DNA of 64,000 bases from the NCBI GenBank assembly GCA_031385045.1, contig JANNBC010000048.1, positions 64,001 to 128,000 of the forward strand, written 5' to 3'. How positions within the stretch are numbered: the first letter of the stretch is position 1; each line of letters begins with the position of its first letter. Positions 1-10,536 of this stretch are shown piece by piece. Source of the DNA: a bacterium. GTDB taxonomy: Bacteria; Bdellovibrionota_C; UBA2361; CALJRW01. Under the pieces are notes generated by a model, which did no database searches, was not told where the DNA came from, and worked only from the letters and a program-made list of their open reading frames with translations. Made by a program: the position numbers and the translations under genes.

Positions 1-162
1 AGTTGTCAATAAATTATGTAGCTAAAAAGTTGCTACTTCGCTCCTGTCGAAGATGCTGGCAGAGTAATGATTAATAGAATTACAGTTACTAATAAACTTA
101 GCGGAAAAGGCAAAGTATTGTAAGCCTTGAATTCTTAAAATAATTCCCTCCGAAATCCAAAA

Positions 163-459
163 TCAGGATTTATGACGAGAACTAAAATACTTTGTTACCT
201 GCAAATAATCCTCATGAGTCCCACAAAAAGAGATCAAGGCAAAATACATAACTGCCCTGATGGTTTGCTTAAAGCCAAACTGAACATCTGCATCTGCTGC
301 GAATGGCTGACTAAATTTTTCATCGGCTAATATCGTGGCAGGAGTAGGTTCAGATTTAATGGTAGGTTTAATTTCGGGTTTTAAAGGCTTCGGACGATCA
401 ACTAAATTTAAATTAGCGAATGAGGGGAATGGAGCGGTGAGTTGTCCTGTCATAAGCAC
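163..459 (-). CDS. hypothetical protein (Pro/Lys-rich N-terminal half)
   Basis: 98-aa ORF; GAGG SD-like sequence upstream of the GTG/ATG starts (459/453); no family recognised. Confidence 0.5.
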   Translation of the reverse strand: MLMTGQLTAPFPSFANLNLVDRPKPLKPEIKPTIKSEPTPATILADEKFSQPFAADADVQFGFKQTIRAVMYFALISFCGTHEDYLQVTKYFSSRHKS

Positions 460-615
460 GGTGCCTCAAAAACCAAATTTAACTTAACTAAAAGCAATTA
501 TTTTTTGAACTTATTCTATAGATAACAGCATATTTACCTACTGCCAATATACTAAAGTTAATTGGGGCTTAGTCTAATAATTCAGAACAAACGTTCAGTC
601 AGGCAATTGCTGACA

Positions 616-1296
616 CTATGGAAAGTTTATCTCTGCAACTTGATTGGAATTAATTAATAGTGGCTCAATCTGAAAGGGAACAAAGCCAAGATCTGCAACC
701 GAGAGAGTCGTCCCATCAGGAGAGGACTGCAGAGCTGTCAAAATCTCTAGGATCTCTTGCTTAGTTAACAATATCTCCCCCAAATCATTAGTCTTCAACC
801 CGATTAGTTCTCGAGAACTCGGGCACGGGGCCGTTACACAACGAATGCCAGTATCAATCATCAATTTAACTTCCTGATTCTTGAGCACGACAGTTTGTGA
901 TTTTAAGAGCAATTTGAGTTGTAAGCCATCAATTGATTGAAGCTCCGCGAAAGTGCGACATTTTTGATTATAACAAAGACTTTTAGTCGTCCTTAGAGCT
1001 TGATCTAAAGAACAAGATTGGGAAGGATAATGGCAGATCTCCTGTAGCTCCGCTCGATGTTTAATTAGCTGCGAAATAATTTCAGAATCTGTATGAGCAA
1101 CATCAGCAGCGCACAAGTCCCAATTAATACTAGCAGTCTGACATACTACCCCACTACTACAAGTATTTTTTATCGTAGAAACTAACTGTTGATAATTCCT
1201 CTCAACCGCTTGGCAATCAATTCTTCCTTGCTCTGCAACACTTATATTTGCAAGTAAAAAAATACTAAATAAATATCTTAGAAAAGCTTGATCCAT
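616..1296 (-). CDS. secreted Cys-rich hypothetical protein
   Basis: N-terminal signal peptide, multiple Cys, GIRCVTAPCP motif. Confidence 0.7.
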   Translation of the reverse strand: MDQAFLRYLFSIFLLANISVAEQGRIDCQAVERNYQQLVSTIKNTCSSGVVCQTASINWDLCAADVAHTDSEIISQLIKHRAELQEICHYPSQSCSLDQALRTTKSLCYNQKCRTFAELQSIDGLQLKLLLKSQTVVLKNQEVKLMIDTGIRCVTAPCPSSRELIGLKTNDLGEILLTKQEILEILTALQSSPDGTTLSVADLGFVPFQIEPLLINSNQVAEINFP

Positions 1297-1328
1297 TGGG
1301 AATTTTTATTCAAATCAATAATCTTTGG

Positions 1329-2186
1329 TTAATTAAACATCGTGCATTGATCGAGTCTTGGTCTTTTAATTAAAATTTTTATTGTAGTTTCAATCGCATC
1401 ATATTGCATTGCCACTCGTTCTTTTAAATCATCAGTAGTTAAGGTTTCCACAGTAATTGACATGCAATGCTCACCGTTAGTCACAAATCTATCCAGTAAT
1501 GCCGCCTCACGAAGATGTAAATTTTGATTATCTTCCGTACAGTGAATTACGCCAGCATTAATTTCAGCACCATAAAGTCGCTTAGCATGGTGGACCAAAT
1601 GTCCTGAACTCTGCCAATTATCAATAATCCTACCTGCAATCGGATAGGTATGGTTTGGAACACCATGTAAATACAAATAAGATCCTATTGGATCATCAGA
1701 CTCTCCCAAATCCATTGGAGAGGTTGGATTATCCTCATGAAGGTGTAGTAAAAAATCTATCGATTTTCCCCATCTGTTCATCGATAAGATTAACTGCCTA
1801 GCTTCAGGAACATTTGTCTCAAAATAAAACTCACGATTAATATCTTGACCTTTAGCTGTCAATCGCGTTCCAGCATTAAATCCATCAGGATTGACGCATG
1901 GGTAATAAACTAAATTAACCTGATCGAGATACTTATGGGCTTCATTAGTCCAAAATTTATGAGCTGCTTCAACCCCAGCAACTTCATCCCCATGAGTTCC
2001 AGCAACAATCATTAAGGTTGGTAAATTTGGATCTGTAATCTGAGTCAGCATAACAAGAGCCTTTCCTAGCTGTGAATAACCATAGCAAGTTCGTTTTTGA
2101 TGAATAAAATCAGCTGAAGAATCAAGCAATGATTTTAGTAGTTTTGCAGAGGGAGCTTGTGCTTCAAATCGGCTCGACAACATCAT
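1329..2186 (-). CDS. M14 family zinc carboxypeptidase / succinylglutamate desuccinylase-aspartoacylase-like protein
   Basis: GTHGDE (HxxE), NPDG, DINR, LHE and a C-terminal catalytic Glu (TVET). Confidence 0.8.
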   Translation of the reverse strand: MMLSSRFEAQAPSAKLLKSLLDSSADFIHQKRTCYGYSQLGKALVMLTQITDPNLPTLMIVAGTHGDEVAGVEAAHKFWTNEAHKYLDQVNLVYYPCVNPDGFNAGTRLTAKGQDINREFYFETNVPEARQLILSMNRWGKSIDFLLHLHEDNPTSPMDLGESDDPIGSYLYLHGVPNHTYPIAGRIIDNWQSSGHLVHHAKRLYGAEINAGVIHCTEDNQNLHLREAALLDRFVTNGEHCMSITVETLTTDDLKERVAMQYDAIETTIKILIKRPRLDQCTMFN

Positions 2187-2209
2187 AAAATTGAACCTTA
2201 TTAAGATCT

Positions 2210-2417
2210 ATAGTGAGTCCAAAAAATAAATTACTTTAAAAACTGACGATTTTGTTTGGACTCCCTATTTATGTTGTTTTTAGCTATGCAAACTTGGATA
2301 TCCACCGCCGCAATTGCTTCGGCGTGACAAGAATCCAAGATTTGCATTAGCCGTAATGACAGTATTTAATTTACTAACGTAAATTATTTTTTGTCATTAC
2401 TTTACAATTCAGTAAAG
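2210..2417. repeat. cluster of stacked inverted repeats (REP/MITE-like)
   Basis: IRs 2210-2226/2252-2268 (15/17 match), 2283-2299/2333-2351, 2353-2361/2392-2400 with inner 2367-2386, and 2400-2417. Confidence 0.65.
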
Positions 2418-2572
2418 GTTTTATTAGCTTGATCCTAAAAAATCCTTACCCTTGTTCTCAATATCCTCCAATTTTTGTTGATAACCTAGAAAAATCTTAA
2501 TTCTATGAATGGTTGTTCTTTTTTAAAGGAATTAATTGGATTAAGAAAAATTTATGATTTATACACCAAAGA

Positions 2573-2803
2573 TTACTTAATTCGTAAGTCGCAACTCTCA
2601 TCTATTAAATCATAAATTATTTCCGCCTCACCTCTTTCTAGCTGACGAATGACCTGAGAAACTTTTTGATCAAGCGAGTATTCCTCCATTCCATAATCAG
2701 TGCCTTCTCTTAAAATAAAAGACTCAATGACACCTCTTAAGGCTTCAACAGATAATTCTTGATAAGAAACTACGATTAAATTTTTTGATTCATTCTGAGA
2801 CAT
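2573..2803 (-). CDS. yheU: YheU (UPF0270) family protein
   Basis: LSVEALRGVIESFILREGTDYG...QLERGEA signature. Confidence 0.85.
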   Translation of the reverse strand: MSQNESKNLIVVSYQELSVEALRGVIESFILREGTDYGMEEYSLDQKVSQVIRQLERGEAEIIYDLIDESCDLRIK

Positions 2804-2805
2804 AG

Positions 2806-5800
2806 CTATACTATTTTTACTTCTAAGGTTTCTAAATAAACTATTTTACATGAAATTTGACTAAAAGGGATTTGATACATTTCACTAACCGCTTCCTTGT
2901 AGCTTTCGAGCTGTTCTGTATGAAATTGATAATGCTTAGACGGGATTAAATCACTTTTAAAATCAATAATCTCAGCATACTTTACTTGACCATTCAAACA
3001 GCCAAGAACTAAGCGATCAATTGTCCCGACACTTAAACCTTTTTGTGTAACTACAGTAAAACGCCGCTCTCGCTCTACTTTTAAATCATGATTAACCCAT
3101 TGCTGATAACTGGCTCTGCTTAATAAATTAATAATTGCCGGCTCTTGGATATTTTTTAGAAAGAAAGCTACAGCTTCATGTACTTCTTCCTCGGCACAGA
3201 GATGCTGTCCATTAGACCAGTCTAATAAATCTTTTAAAACTCTTTCCGGCTGAGCGGAAAAAGTATCAATCCAATCAATTGATTCGTAGAGGCGATGTAA
3301 AAGTGTCCCTTTATTCCGAGCTTTCTTACCCTCGATACTATGCCCGCGAAACTGTACTTTCGTTTTAGTTTTAGAAGGAGTAACACGAGGAATATTTCTT
3401 AATCCTAAGGTCTGAGTGCCCGCAAAGTTTGGATTAAGTGAAATCACTATCTCAGGTTTCACTTCCTGATTGTTTTTACTAATCAACCGATTCCAATTAA
3501 TATCCCCTTCAGAATAAATCAGTTGCGCCTCGATTATATCAGCATTTTTTCCTTTAGACTTCTTCCGACTATCTTGGCTAGCAATAACTTGATTAGCATT
3601 TGCTAACAGCTTTCCAACTGTTGCAGAAGATTTTTGAGTATCTGTAAAAAGATATAGTGCATAACGTGCCCTAGTAAGTGCAACATATAAAACACTTAAA
3701 GCATCAACAGCTTCAGCAACTTGTTCTTCATGATATGGCGCATTAAGTTCAGAATGAATTACTCTTACCTTTTCTGGAAGACTAACTAGGACTCTACTTG
3801 GCGCTTCAAAGATAGAACTTTTATAAGTCATGACTGGCTTAGCATGGAAGCGGCTAATCTCATGATCTAAATCTGCCAAGAAAACAGCATCAAATTCTAA
3901 TCCTTTAGATTGATGAATTGTCATTACCTTCACAGGACTTTGTTCTGGATCAGGTATTTTCAATTTTCTAACATATTCTACAAATGCCGTGAGCGAAGCA
4001 GTCTTTCCTTGGTTAAAGGTAATTGTGGCATTCACTACCTGTTGTAACTTTGTTTGGTCTCTGGCGGCACACAAAGAATCAAGTTGTCTCGCTAATTCGG
4101 CTAAAACTGACCTGAGATTTTGATTAAGCAATTTATTTCGAAAATTTCTTCCAAGCAGATCAAGCTCTTCTAAAGAAGCAGTTCTTGCTATCCCAAAAGC
4201 CTCAGCCAAAGGAGAACTAGCTACATGATAATGAGCAATTCTATCCGCGGGATGATCCATTAGCCAAAGAAAGGAGAGTAGCGTTGTCACCACTGGCGAA
4301 TCAGTTAAGAATGAGCCACCCTCACCACTTGCAGGCACAGAACGTTTTTTGAGTTCATATAAACACTTAGCTAAAGCTTGATGATTTCGAACTAATACTC
4401 CAATCGAAATAGTAGGGTTCGCTAAATAAAGACTTTGAACCTGATCCGCCATTAAAGTAATAGAAGACTCCTCTCCCACTGCAACAAACGATACATACCC
4501 AGGAAGTTCTTGATTAAACGCAGTATGCCGATCAAAACGTTTCTGCCAAATAGATCCAGCTTGTTGGAAGCGAGCAAGAACAGTATTCTCACTGATTTTT
4601 TCAAAAATATAATTCACATAGTCCAAAACAATTTGAGAAGAGCGACGAGACACCTCTAACCGCTCAGTCTCTAGCTGCTCCCAACGCGACTCAAGCTGAT
4701 CAAATATTTCGGCAACCCCACCACGAAAACCATAAATCGCTTGTTTCGTATCACCAACACAAAAAAAACTATGACTTCCATCAGCATGAGCTAGCACCTC
4801 AGCTACAATTGGTTCTAATAAAACCCATTCGGCAAGTGATGTATCTTGAAATTCATCTAATAAAATATGATTAATTTTAGTATCAATTCTAAAATATAAA
4901 TCGGTCAGATTTTCAGAAATTGTTGCTTGTTGTAAAAGTCTTTTGATATCATCAAAAGACACAGCGTTAGCTAGATTACGTTGCCCCTCATAAAGTTGCA
5001 CCAGACTTTCCATTAAAACTCTTAGTGCAACCGTTTGCTGATGGGTTCGATTTAAAACACGATAACGAATTTGTTGAACGATTGGTCGAGTAAGTTGTAA
5101 AAGCTCCTCAGGAATCTCTACTTTATTGAAGGAATCTGGTTCTCCAATAATTAGCTTCTGTAAAAGCTTACTGTCCTCATTTAAGCTCCTCCCTTCCCAG
5201 TATCCAGAGCCATTAACTAAATCAATAATTTTATTTAATCCATTTTGGAAATGTATGTTGGGCTTGCCAGATTTATTAAGTGGAACTGAAAAATTTTGAA
5301 GTTGCTTGATTGCTTCCAGTAAATCTTCTGCTTTCGGCTCCGGACATTGAAAATCACAATTCCATGATTCTTTGGTACTTGTATAGATCAGCTCTTGTAG
5401 TTTAGAGACTTTATCAACTAAGGCACCATGAACCTTGCGAGTTCCTTGGTTATTTTGAAGTAAGGCAAGCAACTCTAATAGCTTTGCACTATCCTGACAA
5501 AGCTCTTTTACTGCTTCATCAAAAAATGTTGTTGTTTCCGATGGATCTAAGATCCGCCAACTTGTAGGCAACCTCAACTCGGCGGTAAAACTTTTTGCCA
5601 GACTAATAAAAAAGCTATCTAAGGTCCTAATCTGTAAGCGGTGTTGAAAGGCAATGAAATTTTTTAAAGTTACCACAACCTTTTCCAGTTTTAAATTAGC
5701 AATATCTAACTCCTGGCCAAGTTGCCTAGCTTTTTGTGAATCTGTTGCTCCCACAACCAAACGTTGGAGAATACGTTCCCGAATTTCGCCTGCTGCCTTT

Positions 5801-5952
5801 TTTGTAAAAGTTGTTGCCAAAATCTTATCAGGCTGTTCACCAAAGAGTAATAATTGTAAGTAACGTGACGATAGCTGAAAGGTTTTTCCTGTTCCAGCGC
5901 TAGCACGAACAACTTTTGGTGGTAGTAAGGACTCCACAGATAGATTAGACAT
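2806..5952 (-). CDS. addA: AddA-like UvrD helicase with C-terminal RecB-type nuclease
   Basis: ASAGTGKT, TFTKKAA, LDEFQDT, VGDTKQAIYGFRG, TIHQSKGLEF, LYVALTRA, GTIDRL/IIDFKS; ATG 5952 overlaps the addB stop. Confidence 0.85.
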   Translation of the reverse strand: MSNLSVESLLPPKVVRASAGTGKTFQLSSRYLQLLLFGEQPDKILATTFTKKAAGEIRERILQRLVVGATDSQKARQLGQELDIANLKLEKVVVTLKNFIAFQHRLQIRTLDSFFISLAKSFTAELRLPTSWRILDPSETTTFFDEAVKELCQDSAKLLELLALLQNNQGTRKVHGALVDKVSKLQELIYTSTKESWNCDFQCPEPKAEDLLEAIKQLQNFSVPLNKSGKPNIHFQNGLNKIIDLVNGSGYWEGRSLNEDSKLLQKLIIGEPDSFNKVEIPEELLQLTRPIVQQIRYRVLNRTHQQTVALRVLMESLVQLYEGQRNLANAVSFDDIKRLLQQATISENLTDLYFRIDTKINHILLDEFQDTSLAEWVLLEPIVAEVLAHADGSHSFFCVGDTKQAIYGFRGGVAEIFDQLESRWEQLETERLEVSRRSSQIVLDYVNYIFEKISENTVLARFQQAGSIWQKRFDRHTAFNQELPGYVSFVAVGEESSITLMADQVQSLYLANPTISIGVLVRNHQALAKCLYELKKRSVPASGEGGSFLTDSPVVTTLLSFLWLMDHPADRIAHYHVASSPLAEAFGIARTASLEELDLLGRNFRNKLLNQNLRSVLAELARQLDSLCAARDQTKLQQVVNATITFNQGKTASLTAFVEYVRKLKIPDPEQSPVKVMTIHQSKGLEFDAVFLADLDHEISRFHAKPVMTYKSSIFEAPSRVLVSLPEKVRVIHSELNAPYHEEQVAEAVDALSVLYVALTRARYALYLFTDTQKSSATVGKLLANANQVIASQDSRKKSKGKNADIIEAQLIYSEGDINWNRLISKNNQEVKPEIVISLNPNFAGTQTLGLRNIPRVTPSKTKTKVQFRGHSIEGKKARNKGTLLHRLYESIDWIDTFSAQPERVLKDLLDWSNGQHLCAEEEVHEAVAFFLKNIQEPAIINLLSRASYQQWVNHDLKVERERRFTVVTQKGLSVGTIDRLVLGCLNGQVKYAEIIDFKSDLIPSKHYQFHTEQLESYKEAVSEMYQIPFSQISCKIVYLETLEVKIV

Positions 5953-8713
5953 CGGCTTCCTCTTCAATAAACTGACTAGTTCCTAGCAGGGAAGCAAAAG
6001 CATCTCCGGGGTAAGACTGTTCGCTTGGAGGCCAAAACTCTTGACGACGGATTCTACGAATTATATCCGAGGCAACTTCACAAGCATCGGCTAACTCTTC
6101 TTTAGTCCAATTAACAAATGTCACCATTTTCTCTAATGGCAATTCAGGCACTAGGCGTATATAGCCCAGTTGCATTTCCCCAGAGAAACCATTTTGACTT
6201 AAAATATAATGATAAAGTGGTAACTGGAGATCGATCCAAGCATGATCTTTACGATGAGCTTTTTCAGGCTCTAGTGTTTTTTCTCCTAACTTATAATCAA
6301 ACACTGCCCATATTTTTTGAGTTGGATGATAATCAATCCGATCAATCCGACCATAGATATGAAAATCTTCTCCATCAACGGTCATCAGAGTCCCAGCAGA
6401 TTTTTGAGGGTATTCAATCTCTTTGGTAATCCATCCAGCCTGTCGCCAACCAACTTGCCAATTTGCAAACTGTTTTAATCTAATTCGCAACTGCTCTCTT
6501 TGAATGATCACAGCCGGCAAGGGATTGGTTCCAAATTGTTCTAAAAAAACTTCATCAAGAACTTCAGAAAGCTTGTTAAGCACATTTTCTAAAGAGCTAT
6601 TTTTAAGCCCAACATCGCTACGAATAAATCTTGCTAAAACTTCATGTCCTAAGTTACCAAACAATCTTCCATCCATTTCCAACATTAATGGATTAACTTC
6701 AGCTAGTTTTAATATATGTAATAAATAAAACCGATAGGGACAAGACAAATAACTTCTAAATGCGGTGACTGACAAAATAGTAAGCGGTCGCATTTGTTTT
6801 TCGGGTTTAGGCGGAATCTCCCACTTAGCAATTCTACTAACCGCCTCACTTGCAGTACCTAAAGTTCTTACTGGTAAGTCTGTTAAATAAAGCTGTCTGA
6901 CTTTTGATAAAAAATTTTCTTCGCCACTACTAACAAGCAAACGACTTGGTAAAAGTGAATTGCCTTCTGCATCAAAATGAAAATAAAGCAGCTTTAAATG
7001 TGGAACCGAGTTAACTAATGCTAATAAGACAAAAGCATCTCTAGCATAACGACGTTCATTATCTAATAGTCCAAGGTGCTTACGAACGCTTTGTGGCAAA
7101 AAAGGATCCGAATTAAGAGACTCTGGAACCAGTCCCTCGTTCATTCCACAAACTACAATTACTGGAGCGTCTTCTAGTTGCAACTCTAACCATCCAAGTG
7201 TATCAATTTCTGAAGAATCTCTTTCCTTGGGGAGATTAATTTCAGCAACAAGTTTTAAAAAAAGATCTAGCGCCTCTGCCCCAGAAACTTCAGGCAATAA
7301 AGTATTTTGAGCTTCAGCAATTAAATTCCAGACGCTGTCCATTGCTTCTAACTCCGCCTGAAATTCTGATGCTTCAGGATAAAAAGCTAAAAGTAAATTC
7401 TGTAGATCAGTAATCCATAATTCCAAAGACCTAGTCGCATAGCGAAAAGGTGCCAAAATATCTTCTAATACTTCTTCTGCTTGAATAGCATATTGCTCCT
7501 CAGGTTTTAATTTCTTAGGGTGCTTAAAGACCTCTGACTGTAAATGATTCATTTGAAAAAGATCTAAATTTGCAATCAAAGAATCAAGTTCAGACAACCC
7601 TTGAAGCAAAAGTTTCGGTCTTAATAAACTTTCAACTTCTGGAAAACGAATTAGATCATAAAAATCATTAATTTTTCTACTACTTAAGAATCGAGAAATT
7701 TTGGCTAATAATTGTCCTGGCCTCGTTTCAGATAAAGCTACTCCTGCTGGATCATGAAGTTTTTGCCCAGCTTCAAGAAAGATACTCTCAAGGTAAGGCA
7801 TAAGTTTTTGATCAGTATGACCAAGGATAATTTCACTATGATGATAATTTCCATTTAGATCGTTAATGATTCCTAATGTTGCAACTGCCTGATCGCGAGC
7901 ATCAACAGTAGGGATAATTAATTCACTATTAATTTCCAGAGCACGCTCAAACCAAGCATCAGTTTTAATACTTCCATAAAGATCAAAAGCATCTTGTTCT
8001 GATTCCGGGGCATGAATTAAAGAGAAAACAGGACAACTCAATTGATCAATCATTTGACAGGTCACGAGATTAAGCTCACGCACAGCACAAATAATAATCG
8101 TACCTTGATACTTAATTTCTTTAAGCTGAATCGCCGTTAGTCGAGCTCGATGCCGATCTGTTAAATTTGCCTGAGATAAACTATTTAAATAATCTTCTTG
8201 GATTCCAGCTAAAATCTCCCACCGGGAATCTTCTGGGGCAATGGGCATTTCCGCAATTTTGCTACCAGCCTCAGCAAATGTCATTAAATTAGCTGATAAC
8301 TCAGAATCTAAACTAGCAATGTTCTTGGCAATTCCAAACCAACTTCCTAAGTTCTCTTTACTTGGAAGAAGTCCAGCAATTTGCCTAACACATTCTGGCT
8401 GAAATTTAGTTAAAACATCGATCCTTGCAAGGTTAGCTTCTAATTCACTGGCGACAGGAAGGTGTGAAAGATAAAGTTTTTCTGGCAGAGAACCTGTCGT
8501 GATAAATGTTGGTGGCGTTAGAATTAATTTTTGTTCCTGAGCATAGAGCGCTAACTTTTCTTGTAGCCTCCGCCCAGCCTTTGCACCAGTAAAAACGAGT
8601 AAACACTCCCCAAGGTTAAGCTCCAGATCACAGGAATATCTCTCAACTAGAAATTTTAAAATTCCATCTAAAGCTGGCTGTTTCCAGTCACAGAAAATTC
8701 GTTCTGGGGTCAT
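5945..8713 (-). CDS. addB: AddB-like inactive helicase with PD-(D/E)XK nuclease domain
   Basis: LSVTAFRSYLSCPYRFY, GRIDRID, FDYKLG, LQLPLY; translationally coupled to addA. Confidence 0.8.
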   Translation of the reverse strand: MTPERIFCDWKQPALDGILKFLVERYSCDLELNLGECLLVFTGAKAGRRLQEKLALYAQEQKLILTPPTFITTGSLPEKLYLSHLPVASELEANLARIDVLTKFQPECVRQIAGLLPSKENLGSWFGIAKNIASLDSELSANLMTFAEAGSKIAEMPIAPEDSRWEILAGIQEDYLNSLSQANLTDRHRARLTAIQLKEIKYQGTIIICAVRELNLVTCQMIDQLSCPVFSLIHAPESEQDAFDLYGSIKTDAWFERALEINSELIIPTVDARDQAVATLGIINDLNGNYHHSEIILGHTDQKLMPYLESIFLEAGQKLHDPAGVALSETRPGQLLAKISRFLSSRKINDFYDLIRFPEVESLLRPKLLLQGLSELDSLIANLDLFQMNHLQSEVFKHPKKLKPEEQYAIQAEEVLEDILAPFRYATRSLELWITDLQNLLLAFYPEASEFQAELEAMDSVWNLIAEAQNTLLPEVSGAEALDLFLKLVAEINLPKERDSSEIDTLGWLELQLEDAPVIVVCGMNEGLVPESLNSDPFLPQSVRKHLGLLDNERRYARDAFVLLALVNSVPHLKLLYFHFDAEGNSLLPSRLLVSSGEENFLSKVRQLYLTDLPVRTLGTASEAVSRIAKWEIPPKPEKQMRPLTILSVTAFRSYLSCPYRFYLLHILKLAEVNPLMLEMDGRLFGNLGHEVLARFIRSDVGLKNSSLENVLNKLSEVLDEVFLEQFGTNPLPAVIIQREQLRIRLKQFANWQVGWRQAGWITKEIEYPQKSAGTLMTVDGEDFHIYGRIDRIDYHPTQKIWAVFDYKLGEKTLEPEKAHRKDHAWIDLQLPLYHYILSQNGFSGEMQLGYIRLVPELPLEKMVTFVNWTKEELADACEVASDIIRRIRRQEFWPPSEQSYPGDAFASLLGTSQFIEEEADV

Positions 8714-8851
8714 GAAGCGACTATGGTAGATAAAATGGACAGCTTCAACTTACATTCTTTAAAAGAATAGACTAGAATGAACCTGAGTTTTTAAGAAATT
8801 CTAACATTGAAAAATTACTATTACAATCGATAAGCAAGATTTCAAACCACC

Positions 8852-9124
8852 ATGTCAAAAACAATAGATTTAAAAATTCAAGTCTCTGTTCGTGCCAAAA
8901 AATCAGAGATTCGCGGCTGGCATGAAGACCGCATCAAAGTGAGTTTAGCGGCTATTCCCGAAGATGGCTTGGCAAATAAAGAATTAGTAAAATTATTTTC
9001 AACAATTTTAAAGATTCCTAAAAGTCAGATTAACTTAATCCAAGGTTCGCAATCTAAATTTAAAACCTTACGGATCTCTGGCCTCGAGTTAGAAAATCTA
9101 CCTTCGTCTTGTCAAAGACCTTAA
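8852..9124 (+). CDS. DUF167 / YggU family protein
   Basis: KVSLAAIPEDGLANKELVKLFS...GSQSKFK. Confidence 0.85.
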   Translation: MSKTIDLKIQVSVRAKKSEIRGWHEDRIKVSLAAIPEDGLANKELVKLFSTILKIPKSQINLIQGSQSKFKTLRISGLELENLPSSCQRP

Positions 9125-9247
9125 TTATCAATAATATCCTAAAAAATATGTTTTTTATAATATCTTAATGGACTAAAACAGGCTAAAACCTTGTCTGCCT
9201 TTCATGGCCTAAGCTACGTGTAAATAAGAACTTTCAAATTAAATTTT

Positions 9248-10501
9248 ATGTCTAAGTTAAGCAAACTTAATTCTGAACAAATGGCCTGGATCGCTGTGAT
9301 GGTTGCAGCGCTCGGTTATTTTGTTGATGTTTTTGATATGTGGCTTTTTGGTAATTTTCGAGTTGCCAGTCTGCAATCTTTAGGTTTAGGGCCAGAAGAG
9401 ATTACTAACGTTGGTGTTACCTTACTTAACTGGCAGCAGGCCGGCTTTCTGATCGGTGGATTTATCTGGGGAGTCATGGGAGATAAAATGGGTCGCATGC
9501 AGGTTATGTTCGGCTCCATCTTGATCTATTCACTAGCAACTTTTTTAAATGCCTTTGTCACTGATATCACCCAGTACGCTATCTTAAGATTTATTAGTGG
9601 CTTGGGACTTGCTGGAGAAATAGGAGCCGGGATCACATTAATTGTAGAACTCCTACCTCGAGCAAAACGTGGTGTCGGGACAACTATTGTTACCTGCTTA
9701 GGTGTATCTGGTGCCGTCGCTGCAGCAATTGCTGGCAAATATCTAGACTGGAAAACTGCTTACATTGTTGGTGGCTTAATGGGCTTTGCACTTTTAGGCT
9801 TAAGACTCTTTGTGCATGAATCAGGAATGTATAATAAAGTTAAAGAAAAATCGGATGTTCCTCGCGGTTCGTTATTACTGATCTTTGGACACTCTCGTCG
9901 CTTTCTTCGTTATTTTAGTTGCGTGATTTTAGGTATTCCCATTTATCTATGCTTTGGACTAATGGTTACTTTCTCTCCTGAGATTGTCGGTGCTTTTGGT
10001 ATAACTGAAAAATTTATTGTACCGGACGTTATGATTTATGGTGCAATTGGTCTAACACTCGGTGATTTATTTGCTGGTATCCTTAGCCAGTATCTCCAGA
10101 GTCGAAAAAAAGCAATTTTAATTTTCTTAAGTTGTGCCACTATATTAGGACTGATTGTAGCTAGTGGAGTACCAAGTACTATTTTTCAATATAAAATTCT
10201 AATTGGATTAATGGCTTTGTTTACTGGCTACTGGGCTTGTCTAATTACAACGTCGGCCGAACAATTTGGCACAAATATTCGGGCAACTGTTGCTACCACT
10301 GTTCCAAATATTATCCGAGGAACATCAATTTTACTCACTATGGCATTTGCTCATTTAAAGCCTAGTATCGGAATTGGTAATTCTATTTTATTAATTACGA
10401 TTGTTGTCTTTGGATTGTGTTTTTTAGCACTGCTTGGAATCCAAGAAACATTTCATAGGGATTTGGATTATGTGGAGACTAAGTCTAAAAAATTGACTTA
10501 A
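9248..10501 (+). CDS. MFS transporter
   Basis: ~12 TM segments; GVMGDKMGR motif A; RFISGLGLAGE. Confidence 0.9.
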   Translation: MSKLSKLNSEQMAWIAVMVAALGYFVDVFDMWLFGNFRVASLQSLGLGPEEITNVGVTLLNWQQAGFLIGGFIWGVMGDKMGRMQVMFGSILIYSLATFLNAFVTDITQYAILRFISGLGLAGEIGAGITLIVELLPRAKRGVGTTIVTCLGVSGAVAAAIAGKYLDWKTAYIVGGLMGFALLGLRLFVHESGMYNKVKEKSDVPRGSLLLIFGHSRRFLRYFSCVILGIPIYLCFGLMVTFSPEIVGAFGITEKFIVPDVMIYGAIGLTLGDLFAGILSQYLQSRKKAILIFLSCATILGLIVASGVPSTIFQYKILIGLMALFTGYWACLITTSAEQFGTNIRATVATTVPNIIRGTSILLTMAFAHLKPSIGIGNSILLITIVVFGLCFLALLGIQETFHRDLDYVETKSKKLT

Positions 10502-10536
10502 AAGTGATATTCAGTTTTTGAGCTTATTAGATGAAA

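Noticed and set aside
18..70. Two short hairpins (GTAGC..GCTAC, CTTCG..CGAAG) at the window start
   Set aside because: 5-bp stems only; possibly a decayed REP but too weak to call.
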